NCBI GenBank assembly: GCA_028534125.1
Contig: CM052817.1
Location: 14,076,001 to 14,140,000 of the forward strand
From: Lama glama
Lineage: Eukaryota
DNA: 64,000 bases
Direction of reading: 5' to 3'
The notes under the pieces: model-generated
The model's database searches: none
Seen by the model: the letters and a program-made list of their open reading frames with translations, nothing else
What the model was told of the DNA's origin: nothing
Made by a program: the position numbers and the translations under genes
Part shown: positions 39,186 to 51,720 of the stretch, in pieces
Position numbering within the stretch: the stretch's first letter is position 1
Layout of the letters: every line of letters begins with the position of its first letter

Positions 39186-39237
39186 TTTGCACACATAGGT
39201 TGGGAAATCTCTTCCATGCCTTGCATTTAAAAAAAAA

Positions 39238-39572
39238 TTATTTGTTTATTTGTATTGAAGTATAGTCAGTTACAATATGTCAGTTGTCAATTTCTGGCAT
39301 ACAGCATAATGCCCCAGTCATGCATATACATACATACATTTGTTTTCATATTCTTTTTCATTAAAGGTTATTACAAAATGTAGAGTATAGTTCCCAGTGC
39401 TATACAGAAGAAATCTGGTGTTTTAAAAATACTTTTATACATAGTGGTTAACCTTTGCAAATCTCAAACTCTCAAGTTTATCCCTTCCCACCCCTTTCCC
39501 CCCAGTAACCATAAGATTGTTTATTACGCCTGCAAGTCTGCTTCTGTTTCCTATATGAGTTCATTAGTGTCC
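39238..39572 (-). mobile_element. L1 3' UTR fragment (same subfamily as the 23.8 kb copy)
   Basis: ttgcaaatctcaaactc...cagtaaccataagattgttta, shared with 24018-24085. Confidence 0.9.
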
Positions 39573-42500
39573 ACTCTTAATAATCCACTCTTTCTCTTAT
39601 CCTCCCAAACTAGTAATACCTAAGTTTGCAGAAGGAAATAATTTCAGCAGTTCAGTTCCATTGGGGGATAACTTTTTATTTCATTTCTTCACGTATCATA
39701 GAATTTTTTCTCTTACTTGATTTGTGCCATCACTTGCTTTATTTCACTTTACTTTTACTCTTTCCTTCTTAATCAGATGCTGCTCCTTTGAGACTATTTC
39801 ATTCTCACTTTGTATATAGCAATTTGTTTCCTCCCCTTTGGGAGTTAATTTATGCATATTCTAAACATAAGCAAATAATGTAAATGCAGATAGGCTTCCA
39901 ATGATACTTCCCAAGGGCCTAAGCTGAACTTTGTTTCACTTGGTGTGGCCTGATGCACAATGTCCTGACCATAAGGCCATGTCCCATTGGGCTATTTCAG
40001 TTGTAAAATGAACTCTGCATTTGATTTTCAGACCACTGGCTCATCGTGATTAGGGGCTGTTGCGGCAAATGGACCGTAGTTGTTTTGCAATTGAGAATTA
40101 TTAAAATTTAAAATATATCCATAAATACATAAGTGCCTATTATAGATCAAAGTTCTAAAGATTAAATATGCACAAATACAGCTCATTTTACAAAACCACA
40201 GACTCAAAATTACTGAAAGCCAAATAACAGTACCACTTAGTACCAAATAACCTTAGTTAAGTCTGCAGTAAGGATACTGCATTAATGGAAAGCAACTTCT
40301 TTTATAGCTTGAGAAGGCATTTTATTTTATATGAGGAACTCAGCAAACACAGCTCTCATTCATGGGATACTATAGCAATGTTAATGTCTAGAAAATGATA
40401 GGTATCATCTAATATTATTTAATGCATGGACAAGGATACCATTTTAGGCTTATTTACTTCACTGATTGACTTGATTCTGGCCCTTTGAACAGGTTGATAA
40501 ATTTTAGCTATTTCCTTTTATGATTATTCACAGACGATACCAAGCTTTAAATTTGTAACCCTCTAGGAAGGTTCAGCCAACAAGTACAAAACTGGGTGTT
40601 GCTGTGACATGTGTAGGTTGATGCCTCCACAAATGAACAATGAAGCCTTGTTCTTGCTGATACTAAATAGATTATACTACAGAATTAAAAGGGAAAAAAA
40701 TCAATGCTGGGAAAAGAAAAACAAGCAATACAATTAGAACCACATTTTGATTTGTCTTGGAAACATATTTTTTGTTGTTATTAAAGTTACTGGTCTATTA
40801 AATTGCATGGGAAAAAAAATAGAACTCATTACATGGAGTGTTCTACTTTGCCACAGCTGGAGTCTGGATTGCACACTTATTAGTTATGTGCACTGGAGCA
40901 AACGGGGAAATACAGATTAGGGGAGTTTCGCATTAGGGGAGTTTCAGTGTCCTCAGGACCTTCTGGATGATCCATGGGGACAGAAAGAAGAGTGAAGTAT
41001 CCGTTTGTCACCCATTGTCCAAAGCGAACAACAAGCACTAGGAAAAGGTTTCTGTTTCTAAATCCTTTCCTGATAGGAAGGAAAAAGCAAGAGAGTGAAA
41101 GGGAGAATCCACTGAAGATTAAACAGAGAAGGGAGAGAACCACAACCTCCTTAGAACCACTGAGATGGGAAAGTCTGCTTGACCAATTCCTTAGACCAAA
41201 GACTAAAAAGAACTTATCCCTCAAAAGTGATCTCAGAAACAACTCACGGGACATGTCCTTCTAATCCTGATCACTTAAACTCTGGTGAACATCAGACTCC
41301 ACTGGGTTTCCTCATCAAACTATGCCAGTTTGATGCACGCTATGTATTGCGGCCAAAACATCAGCACCAAAACAGTTAACAAAACAAAGATAAAGGTGAT
41401 TGTATAATTTACCACCATCACTAAGGAAAGGATTCTAATGGATGCCACTAACTGAGCACTCACCACTTACTAGGAGTGGTATAAAGTGTTTCACACACAT
41501 CACATAATTTAATCTTTTATGACAGCCTGCCTCAAATTACTTTTTTGGTAACAGAGCCCATCCTTGCTTTTTGGAGTATCATGATGCCTTCTACACAGCT
41601 CATTTATAAGGAAGGTCCCATCCCTTGGCTGGAGGGGCAAACATATGACTGGTTGATGAGAACTCCAAGCGGGTGGTTAGTTTAGCAGTGAACACACGCT
41701 GACTAGTGTCTGACCAGTCTGACGGAATCCAAGGACTTTTCCTGAAACTATCCAATTTTGTGAAAACCCCTCTGGTCACCTACTGTAAAGTCTTTCCCTT
41801 CCTTTCTTTCTCCCTATATGTCCTCTCCTGCTCTTCTAACCACACAAAATTAGCCAGTTCATTCACCATGGAAACTACTGTGGAAAAGTCATTTTTGTAT
41901 GCAAAAGAAATAAAGTGAATCTTTAATATACTCTTGTTGAAAAGTTGCTGAACCCTGGGACATGTAAGACTGTCGAAGTATTACTGAAGCATAGAAGCGA
42001 TTTTAGGAGAGTCAGAATGAATGATTAGAATTTAAGTGGCTATCATAAGATTTAATTTACAGAGGTGGATAAGCCTTTCACCACTGATATTAGGGAGCCA
42101 TTACCAAGAATGAATATATGTGCACATTACATTTAAATGGTTCCTCCACCTCTTGGAATGGCTTGGGATCCCTTCTAACTAAAGGATTATTAATTGTTTA
42201 CTTTTAGTAAACATTTGTGCTTAAATTTCTCCAAGAAAATGACATGTAATATTTGAGGGTTTAATGATGACTTGATAACTTTTAATATCAGACCCAAAAG
42301 TGAATCATGTTGATTGTATATCAAATAGAAATGAGACAACTTTTCCTAACCAACACAGAAAAATACACAAAATCATATAGTGAACTTCATATTTTATACA
42401 AGGCTGACAACAATAACAAATCCAGTTTTCAGTATTTTGTTTTAAAATCTGAGACTATGTGCACGTACAGAGATAAGATTGCACCAAATTTCAGATTTTA

Positions 42501-43009
42501 ACTCAGCAGGAAAAAATGTTGTAGTCTAAAAATTATTCCAAACTCAAGATACCAAAGTGAACAAAAATACTTTCACATTTATATTCTACCTCTCAACCCT
42601 TGCGCAAATACACAGAACCCAAAATATCTCTTGCAATTATCTTAATTACTGTTACCTTTGATTTATCTTACAAGGGTAATGCATTTGAAATTGTAATTTC
42701 TTATTAATATCTGCTAGATTTTACTGGATTTTAAAAATATTACTTCTTTGTTGGTCGGTCTGATATCTTAAATATATTTGAGTCAATGAATAGAGATGTT
42801 AAAATAACCAGTTTTCACTTCAAAGGATCAGTTTCTGTAGGGCCATAATTTTGCAATGCTAATAATTAACAGATTCTTTTAAAGACAGATCTATTTTGTC
42901 ACCAACATTTTAGTATATGTTGGTAGAAGAAATCAATATATTAAATACTGATCCAAACTCAAGATGTCTTCCACCAACCTAATGCTTTGTACTTTGTGTT
43001 TGAAGTATT

Positions 43010-43220
43010 TCTCCAGATAGGACAGATAGGATAATGGAATATGCACTGGAAAGAGAATCTGAAAAACCAAATTTTTATTAAAGGTCTGTAACTACTTTGC
43101 TGTGTGACTTCTGACATACTGCTTAACCTCTCTGTGCCTTACTATATCCAAACTGCTTTACAGATCTCCCCTCAATCAATACGAGAACCAAATGGGATAA
43201 TAAATATGAAAGGCAATGAA
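43010..43220 (+). mobile_element. MIR SINE
   Basis: gctgtgtgacttctgacatactgcttaacctctctgtgcct. Confidence 0.75.
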
Positions 43221-43259
43221 AATGACAAAATGCCAAATTAATGGTTGGACCTGTCCATC

Positions 43260-43560
43260 ACTGACTAATCAAATATTTAATGAGAAACTACCAAACATAG
43301 AGATGATTTGGAAAAGAAAAAAACCCCAAAGTGGACAATGGGAGAAATATATAAATTATACCAACTGCTATAAGAAGAGTTTAGTTCAAATGCTATGGGA
43401 GTTCAGATGGGGAGAAAGATGATTTTGACTAAAATGAGGGATAAGAAGAGAAAATAAAATGACAGTATGTGAAATGGGTCTTGGGAAATACTAGGACCTG
43501 GATTTCAGATGAGAAGACACGAGGCAGGTGGGGGAGGAGGTCAATGGTTTGAAAGGACAG
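43260..43560 (-). mobile_element. L2 fragment
   Basis: aaatgctatgggagttcagatggggagaaagat. Confidence 0.55.
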
Positions 43561-44329
43561 GATTATCTATCACCTGTTTTGATAACACAACATACAGGGC
43601 ACCCCTTTAGTCAACAGTGGGGATCACCTAAAGCTTTTGAAAGAAGAGGAGGAGGGGAAGGAGGAGGATAAGAACAATCAAATACCCTTTACTGAACAAC
43701 TGATATATCTAAGACACTGTTTTTCCATCCAGTATCTCAATGTTGTGATATGACTATTATTGCTATTATGTTCACTGATAGTTTGGAAAATTGAAAGGAA
43801 ATCAAGAATTACTTGGATCTAAGATCAGTTTTTTTCAATTCTATCTGTTTCATTTCTTCTTAAAAAAAAGAAAGAAAAGAAATAGGAATCAACTGAGTAA
43901 CAAAAACATGGCAGCCTTTCCACTACATCCTGCCCCATGATACTCTCTGGCAAGAGGATTGTGGTTGATTTTATTTCATAATTTAAAATATTTTTACACT
44001 CCTATTTCATATGGCTGATTGATGAGTGCAGAGATAAGGTGCTTGCTCCCAAATGAGAAGTAGCAAGCTGCAAGACGGACCCTACTCCAGTGGATTTAAT
44101 CAGAAATCAGGTTCAGAAATGAGTACTCATCTGCACCTGCTCAGCTCTCCAGTGACCTACTGCTCAAAAGACTACATATTTAATTTAGTTGGAAAAATAC
44201 ACGTCTTGGAGGAGGACGAGCATATGGCTCCCCGTCCACATGCCCCTTGAATCACAGGTATTTGGGGAGTTCTCCATCTGCTCTTCTCACCCTCAGCTTC
44301 CTGCCCATTCCCACACCTGCCCACGGTTT

Positions 44330-44540
44330 TATAAGGGAGGCACCAGAGTGTATTTATTAAGAGCATGAGCTTTAATTCAGACAAACATAGGGGAAACTCA
44401 TAACTCTACTTGCTAGTCATGTGACCTGAAGCAAGCAGCATAAAGTGGAGATAAAAATATCATAGAATAGTTTGAAGCTTTCATAAATATAAACATGTGA
44501 ACTGCCTAGCCTTGAACCTGGAATATCAGCACTCCAAAAA
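44330..44540 (+). mobile_element. MIR SINE
   Basis: ttaagagcatgagctttaattcagac...acttgctagtcatgtgacctgaagcaag. Confidence 0.7.
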
Positions 44541-44649
44541 CTTTGTGTTATACAGACTATTCGTGTTTTATGTCCACATCAGTATCATCTCCTACAATAC
44601 ACAATAAAGGCATTGATTTGCAATCAATACCATTCGCTACAGGTTCATA

Positions 44650-45400
44650 GCTATTCAGTAATCATTTAGCGTGCTCCATGTGTCAGTCACTGTATTGTGT
44701 ACTGGGGAGGAAAAAGGAAACACAGTGTGTGTGAGATAAAGTCCCTCCTCTTGAGAAGCCCACAAGATAATGAGGTGTAGACAGAACTCTAAAGAGATTC
44801 CTAGAATATAAAATAGGCTAAGAACATGGGGAAAACTCGTGACTAATCCTGTCCAAGCAAATTAATAAAAGCTTCACAGAAGAGTGACATTTCAGGTGAA
44901 TCTGGGTATCCAAGTAGAATTCTCTATTGGACAGCATGAATGAGACTAGGATGCTCTAGGAGAGAGGATAGTATCTGATGTGGGAGCAAGCAAAAGATTT
45001 TAAGGACTAAAAGACATTAGGAATCACTGGAGCAGCAGTCACATAGAGGGAAGGGTAAAGAGATGAAATGATAGATATAATTGATCTTTAGACTGTGAGA
45101 GGCCTGCTGTGCCACAAAAATGGACTGGAAAAAAACAAAACAAAGAGTATTTTTAAGTTATGTTGGCAACAGCGTGAGGGATGGATTGGTCTAGGGAGAG
45201 ACTGGCAGCAAAGAGCCCAGTTAGGACACCAGTGTCACAGTCTCCAGACAAAAGATGATGGACGGACTGATCCAAGACAGTGGTAAAAAGAAGCAACACA
45301 GAGAGGTATTTGGGGAAAGAATCAACACAGATTGGTGACTGGATATGAGGCAACAGAAAGAAGAGAATGTTAAGATTTCTAGTCCTAAAAAGTTGGCATG
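44650..45400 (-). mobile_element. L2 LINE fragment
   Basis: attcagtaatcatttagcgtgctccatgtgtcagtcactgt...gaatcaacacagattggtgactggat. Confidence 0.8.
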
Positions 45401-45542
45401 CGGGAAGGGTATAACTCAGTAGTAGAGTGTGTTCTTGGCATGTCCATGGTCTTGGGTTTAATCCCCAGTACCTCCATGAAAAAAAAACTTAAAAAAAAAA
45501 AACACCCTAATTACCTACCCACCTCCAAAAAAAAAAAAAAAA
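45401..45542 (+). mobile_element. tRNA-derived SINE, Vic-1 type (camelid), copy 1
   Basis: gggaagggtataactcagtagtagag (A box)...gggtttaatccccagtacctcc (B box), A-rich linker, cctaattacct, poly-A. Confidence 0.85.
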
Positions 45543-45546
45543 TCTA

Positions 45547-45669
45547 GGGGGAGGTATAGCTCAGTGGTACAATGAGTGCTTAGCACGCACAAGGTCCTGG
45601 GATCGATCCCCAGTTCCTTCATTAACTAACTAACTAAATAAATAAAAACCCAATTGCCTCCCCCAAAAA
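45547..45669 (+). mobile_element. tRNA-derived SINE, Vic-1 type (camelid), copy 2
   Basis: gggggaggtatagctcagtggta...gtcctgggatcgatccccag...cccaattgcctcccccaaaaa. Confidence 0.85.
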
Positions 45670-46444
45670 GTATGCATGTAACGAAATAGAGGGGAACTAA
45701 GAAATATACAGAGAAGGTGTGATTATCTGCAGTTCTATTAGCCTTCTTCCCACTCTTTCCTGACCCCTAGCCCAATACATATTAGCAAAAAGCTGGACTG
45801 TTTGTTATATACATTTCTTGAATGTAAAATATGCCTGTTTAACTCAAACTATTTTTCTACCATTTTTAAGAATTATGAGTTATTTTAGCACTCAATTAAT
45901 GTTCTACAATTAAATATGTGATAGCTCTTACAGCCCAACTCTAGATTCACATAGTCATCCACGTATAGTGGTATTAAGCCATGGTTAGCAAGATTTGTAT
46001 AATTAAACTTATTCAAAAAACCCTCAAATCCTTTCTCTTGCTGACCCTTCAAATAACCCAGTAAGATGCATAAATAGACCTAGAGCCTCCTTTTTTAGGT
46101 GGATTAAGAGACTTAAGCCTACATAGAAAACAGGCAGAGACTGGTTGCTAGAGTAGAGTCAAATTTTATGACTGCAACATCAAGGAATCCACAAACGTAG
46201 CCTCGCAGACATAGAAATGTGAAGAAAAACTGCAAAAGATAATGTATCAAAAATGCCTCCAAATTATGTAATGTCAGATTTGTGCAAATCAATCAGGAAC
46301 TGCCAGACTTACCAACTACCTCCTTAATATCATGATGACTATCAGTATAGGACACTGGCATCTCCTGTTATAGTTTTTAAAAATCAAAATTTAAAAATTC
46401 AATGTGAACAACAAACATTTATTGATTATCTTCTATAATCACAG

Positions 46445-46890
46445 CTACATAAATAGTTAATTACCTACACAATACCCATCCTTATTTCCACTTTAAGAAG
46501 AGAACCTTGATTTTATTAAGACTGGAAGGTAGCTGATTTTTTTCCATTCTCTAATGAAACTAGGAGTAGTCAGTGAGATATAAACGAAAGTAACTGGGCA
46601 GGGCATCTGGGGAAACACTTTAAAGGAGGCTAGACTTTGTGGAAATTGAGCCCTTTTCCCCTCTCCCTATTCCTTCTTCTTGTTTTTTTGGCTTGTATCT
46701 GTATGGACCATAGCTCAAGAAGGGAAAGACATACTAATCCTTGTAGGACAAAAAGAACGGGCTTGCCTCTTCCACATCAGCCTGAGTCAGCCTACTGCAG
46801 ACCTTCGTGTGCACAATAAAAATATAACACTTTAAGTCAGCTAATGTCACTTGGATTTTCTGATGTGTGCAACCAAAACTAATTAATAAG
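46445..46890 (+). mobile_element. Old MaLR LTR (MLT1J/K-like)
   Basis: atacccatcctt...gcctactgcagacctt...ttggattttctgatgtgtgcaaccaaa. Confidence 0.55.
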
Positions 46891-47460
46891 TGGTATAGAT
46901 AGCCATATGTTTAGAGCTTGGGAAAGTAAAGCTAAATAAAATGCGTAAGTAGTATGAAAGACTGGAGGAGAATATAACCGTAAAATCAGTACTTTTTTAT
47001 TCTCTGCCCTCAACAGTCTAACCTACATTGAAGAATGGATGAGGGAAAAAGTTACATTTGTGGTCATGATAATCTTGAGTAGCATGAGGAATGAGCCACT
47101 ATCACATAAACTCGAGTGATCAGTCATGGGGTATCTTAAAACCCTATATTTTTCTAGGTACCAGTAGGGAAAAAAGATATGATCCTTATTTTCAAACAGT
47201 TTATAAACTAGAAGGGGAGACAGGCTAGTTCTTGACAATGAATGGCATACATCACAGCCACAGCAAGTGCTGCTAAGCAGCTTTCAACTCAACAAATACT
47301 CTCCCAGGGTGAGATGCCCTGAGAGGGCAGACGTGAGTGAGAAATAATGTTGCAATACTTTAAAGCCTAGCTCCCTGGGGAGGAGAGACAATTCTCGTGG
47401 TATAATATGGCAGACTTGTGTGAATTTAATAGTCATGGTTTCAATTTTTTATAAGTAACT

Positions 47461-47770
47461 TTTTATGAGTTGAATTTGTGTTGTCCCCCCCCCCATCAAA
47501 TTCATATGTTGAAGTCCTCACCTTCAGCTTCTTAGAATATGATCTTCTTTGGAAATAGGCTCATTGCAGACATAATTAGTTGAGATGAGGTTATACTGGA
47601 GTAAAGTGAACCTCTAATCCAATACAACTGGCATCCTTGTACAAAGGAGAAATGTGGACAGAAATGCACATGCGGGGAGAACATAAGAGGAGAAAGGCTG
47701 AGAACTGGGTGATGCTCCCATTAGTCAAATGTCAAAAACTGCAAGTAAACCATCAGAAGCTAAGGAAGGG
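47461..47770 (+). mobile_element. MaLR MLT1B/C-like LTR, 3'-truncated
   Basis: aaattcatatgttgaagtcct...tttggaaatagg...gatgaggttatactggagt...ctaatccaata. Confidence 0.85.
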
Positions 47771-48164
47771 GTCAGTCAATTCTGATCCTCTGATGTGTGT
47801 CAGGAATGGGTCTCAGTGCTGGAGATAGCAAAGTGAGCAAAATAGATAATAGTACTTGTGGACTATTTAATTTGAGTAACAAGTGTGCATGAGGGAACAG
47901 TCGGAAATCAGACTAAAAAGGGAGGACAGAAGCCTAGAACTGTATTCTAGACAGCCTCGGACACCGATAAGAGGGAAGTACATATGATCCAACAAAACGT
48001 GGTTGATCTTCAGCGTTTCTGAAAATGGGTCTGCATATAAATCTGTCAGTGGGTTAGCAGAATTAATTTAGAAAACTTCATAGGATAGACTTACTTTTCC
48101 TAACAGTCATACTTACAATTTTATTGTCACTAACATCATCGTCACCATCATTTCCATTACCATG

Positions 48165-48400
48165 TTACACTGTTTATTTAGTACTTAACTATGTTGCAAG
48201 AATTGAGCACTTTCCTTAAATCACATCAAATCCTCCAGACAACACTATGGAGTATGTATAATGACCCCTCCTTTACATGGGAAGAAACTGAAGATCAGGG
48301 ATGATAAGTTATTTGGTCAAGGTCATGTTGATTATAAGTGGCTGAACCCGGATTCAAAACCAAGTCCGACTCCAGATCCCTTTCTCTTAGCCACTGCACT
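48165..48400 (-). mobile_element. MIR SINE
   Basis: tttacatgggaagaaactgaag...caaggtca...taagtggctgaacccggattcaaaacc. Confidence 0.85.
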
Positions 48401-49214
48401 CTATGACATTTCAGAAAAGTCATATGGACTCACACATTCTTTCAAAATATTCTAGTCAGCAAGGTCATTTCAAGACGTAAGTACTGACAGCTTGAGCCAT
48501 CTCTCCAAGTTCTCTGCTCAGCTCATTTACAGTCCCCTCTGAGTAGTACTTCCCCTCCCTCTCACTTTTTAAGGTTGGTCGCAGTCCTCTGAGATGACAG
48601 GCTGAATGATGGTGACGAGAATGTGCTAATATAAAGTCCATAAACAGGAGAGGGCAAGAAGAGGTTCCCAGAGGACACGTCTGAGCGAGGGAGCCCCAGC
48701 TGTTTTAACATATGTGCAGATTACCGGTCTGCCCGCACACCCACGTAGACCCGATCACAGTTGTTCTGAAGAAAGGATGGTTAAACTCAGAAATGCAAAC
48801 GTATGGGCTACAGTTGCTCTATTTCCTAAGCCTTCATGGCTTGGCTCTTCATCTTACACATATAAACACAGTAGACAAAACCACCACATCAATAAGCAGC
48901 AGGTGCACCGTCTTTTCTCGCCAAGATATTATGCGAGTGTTAAGCCAAGCCGATCAGCAGAGGCACACATCCACCGGTTTCACTGCAGAATGTGGGAGGA
49001 GGAAGGGAGCGCTGAGCAGGCGGGTAAATTAAAACTCATCTGGCTTACAGAAGGGCCACTTACTGCCCAGAGTTGGAAGGTGCCCAGGGGCACTCAAGAG
49101 GTCTAATTGCACTGACTAAGAGAAAATCGAGCTTGTGAATTTTGGAACGTTTAAGGCTCAATGGGGAGTTTGCATACAAATGCAAAATGATTTAGAAAAA
49201 AGGAAGCTACCGTA

Positions 49215-49350
49215 ATAATCCTAATAACAACCCATCTAGCACTGTGCTGCGGGTTTTGCTTAATACCCCATTATCACCTCAAACTTATGGAATGTGTATG
49301 GTGCACTATTTTATTGAAACAGAAACTGAATCTTAGAGATATAAAGTAAC
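49215..49350 (-). mobile_element. MIR SINE fragment
   Basis: agaaactgaatcttagagatataaagtaactt. Confidence 0.55.
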
Positions 49351-50324
49351 TTTCCTAAAATATAGGTATTTTAGATGTATAGAGACATTGATATTATAGA
49401 TGTAATAGATAAGATGTAGAAAGAGAATTTTAATCTAGAACTGCCTAAATTAGTAATTACTATAACAAACTGCTATAACTCCCATCTTGATTGCTGGAAA
49501 TCCTTCTATTTGAAATAGCTAGATCATTTCTAAGCACACACTCACACTCTAAAACAACTTCACCTATTTTTAAAGAGCCTGCTAATTGTCAAATTTTCTG
49601 GCAAATGTGGGTTCTGGAAGTATGATGTGTTATATCCAGAATGAATCTCTTATTTTAGCAAAATTTGATGCCTGTATTTTTTCTATTTTTAGATACATCA
49701 GCAAACCTTGGTTTGTTCTGCATGAAGACTTTAAAGTAAATTCACCATGGTTTCTTTTATTTACCCTGCAATGTATTCAAACTCTAGGGCAAAAAGATAT
49801 TTAAAGCATGCACTCAGGACAAATCATTTTAAAACTCAGTATAGGATATCATGTAGCTAAGCCAAGAAAACCACAATAAAACAATTTTGCCAAAATGGGT
49901 CTTAACGACTTAATAAATGCATCCGAATTCATACATACACTTCATTTCTTATAACTTTCCCTTTAACTCCCATACATAATTTATATAACAACAGTATTGA
50001 AAAATGGATTGGGTGCACCGAGATTTCTCATCCTGCTGTGCCTTTGTGCACTCTTTTCTCTCCTTTCCTTTCCTTTCCTCCATTTCTTAGCTGTACTTCA
50101 AGATTCAGTTTGGTCCTCTTCTCTTCAGCAAGTCTTCCCTGACCTCTCCATTGGGTTCGGTGTCCATCTCAGATGTCCCAGGAGCATCCTGGACAAGCTG
50201 TCATCATCATCACTGTTTAGCTGTGGCAATAATAGTAGGAAGAGTCAGCAGGAGTCCTGGTACTAGTGGTGGTGCTGGCAGCAGCATAACAGGGATTCGA
50301 ACATCACCAGCAGCCGCAGTGTTG

Positions 50325-50450
50325 GCCGTGATCTGCATGCCTCCTACGTGCCAGGGACAGGATCGAAGCCTTTAAATATATTAACTCTAATCCACTGAAG
50401 TCCCGTGGATAAGCATGAATTAATTATCCCCCTTTACGACTGAGGGAAAC
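50325..50450 (-). mobile_element. MIR SINE fragment
   Basis: ctacgtgccagggac...ttatccccctttacgactgagggaa. Confidence 0.55.
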
Positions 50451-50549
50451 AATTCCTCTTCATTTCTCTTTATCTGTTGCTACTTCTCCCTTATTATTTC
50501 TCATTTTCTGTCTTCATGCCACCCCCTTTTCTCCCCTTATTAAGTAGCT

Positions 50550-51720
50550 TAGATATATATTTTCATTTATTTTTCCCAAAGAACTATGTTTTGTATTTAT
50601 GTTAGGTCTTCTATTTTTCTGATTTCTAAATCATTGATTTTTGAGTTTTTTTCTATTAAATTCCATCTTTCTTTTCTTAGGTTCATTTCATTTCTTTTTT
50701 TTTTAACATTTGGATCCTGGATACATTCATTTAATTATTCACGTTTTATGAATGCAAGTATTTAAGCCTGTGCTCACACTTCCCTAGTGCAATGCCTTAG
50801 TTGGGCCCCCTACTATCTAAATCCACGTCTCATCAATTCTGAGACACACTTTTTAAGGTCACTTCAAGTAGTAGCACTTCTTAGAATCCAGAGAAGCCTT
50901 CATCAAAGGTTGAACATATGTATCTCCTAGCACACTAAGCTCCACTTTGATCAGATTCCAGGGGGTATCAGCCAGGCTGCAGCCCTGACACAGTCGTCAG
51001 TCTCAGAGGATGCAGAGCCTCGGGCAGGCTGTTCCTACTGGCACCACTCCAGCTGAGCTACGTGCATGACTGGTGCTGAAGAGCTGAGTTTAGTTCCCGT
51101 TTTGAATACCTTCATGTTGCCAACCGAAAATATTCTATAGACACCTTCTAAGAAGATTAAGAAAACAACACTTTCAAATAAGTGTCAAGGGCTTGGAAGA
51201 AAATTTTAGAGATAACAGAGGACCACTCTCTTAAGTGATGCACTTGGCAGCACAGTGGAAGAAATAAGGAATTAAAAAAAAAAAAAGAGTTACCATAGTT
51301 TATTGGCAGAAACCTTCTCCTTAATGGACATAAAGTAACCCTGCAACCCACAACTGATACCCTAGATTTGAGGAAAAATCTCATTTGGTGTCTTTCAAAT
51401 TATGATTCACTAGAAATTTACAATTTTGTTTTCATTTCCATTTTGATCAATGTGTGTTTAAGAAAGAATTTTGAAGTCTCCAGGTTATACTGACTTTTGC
51501 TTTTCAGTTTTGCTTTAATTTTCAACTTTACTATATAAAGACCAGAAAATATTGTCTACATTATTTACATGTTCAATAATCTACCTAGGTTTTTTCTGCA
51601 GGTCTCAAAATGGTCAGTCTTACAAATGTTTCACAGGCATTTGAAAAGAAGGTGGTTTTCCTTTTTTTAGAGAACACAGAACCCTTATATACTTGGTAGA
51701 ATTTAATTTAAATGGGACTA
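50550..51720 (-). mobile_element. Ancient L1 (L1ME-like) ORF2 fragments interrupted by Kanga1
   Basis: T-rich antisense L1 at 50550-50800 and 51390-51720 (aaatgtttcacaggcatttgaaaagaagg). Confidence 0.6.
50825..51270 (+). mobile_element. Kanga1/MER104-like TcMar-Tc2 DNA transposon remnant
   Basis: Start acgtctcatcaattctgagacacactttt resembles the Tc2 TIR; acaccttctaagaagattaagaaa...ggcttggaagaaaatt resembles the transposase C-terminus (TPS..IKK...AWKKI). Confidence 0.65.

Noticed and set aside
45401..45669. tRNA genes
   Set aside because: A/B boxes are present but degenerate and followed by SINE tails and a TSD; these are tRNA-derived SINEs.
50200..50330. Gly/Ser/Ala-rich ORF-like stretch
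   Set aside because: Decayed trinucleotide repeat at a MIR tail.
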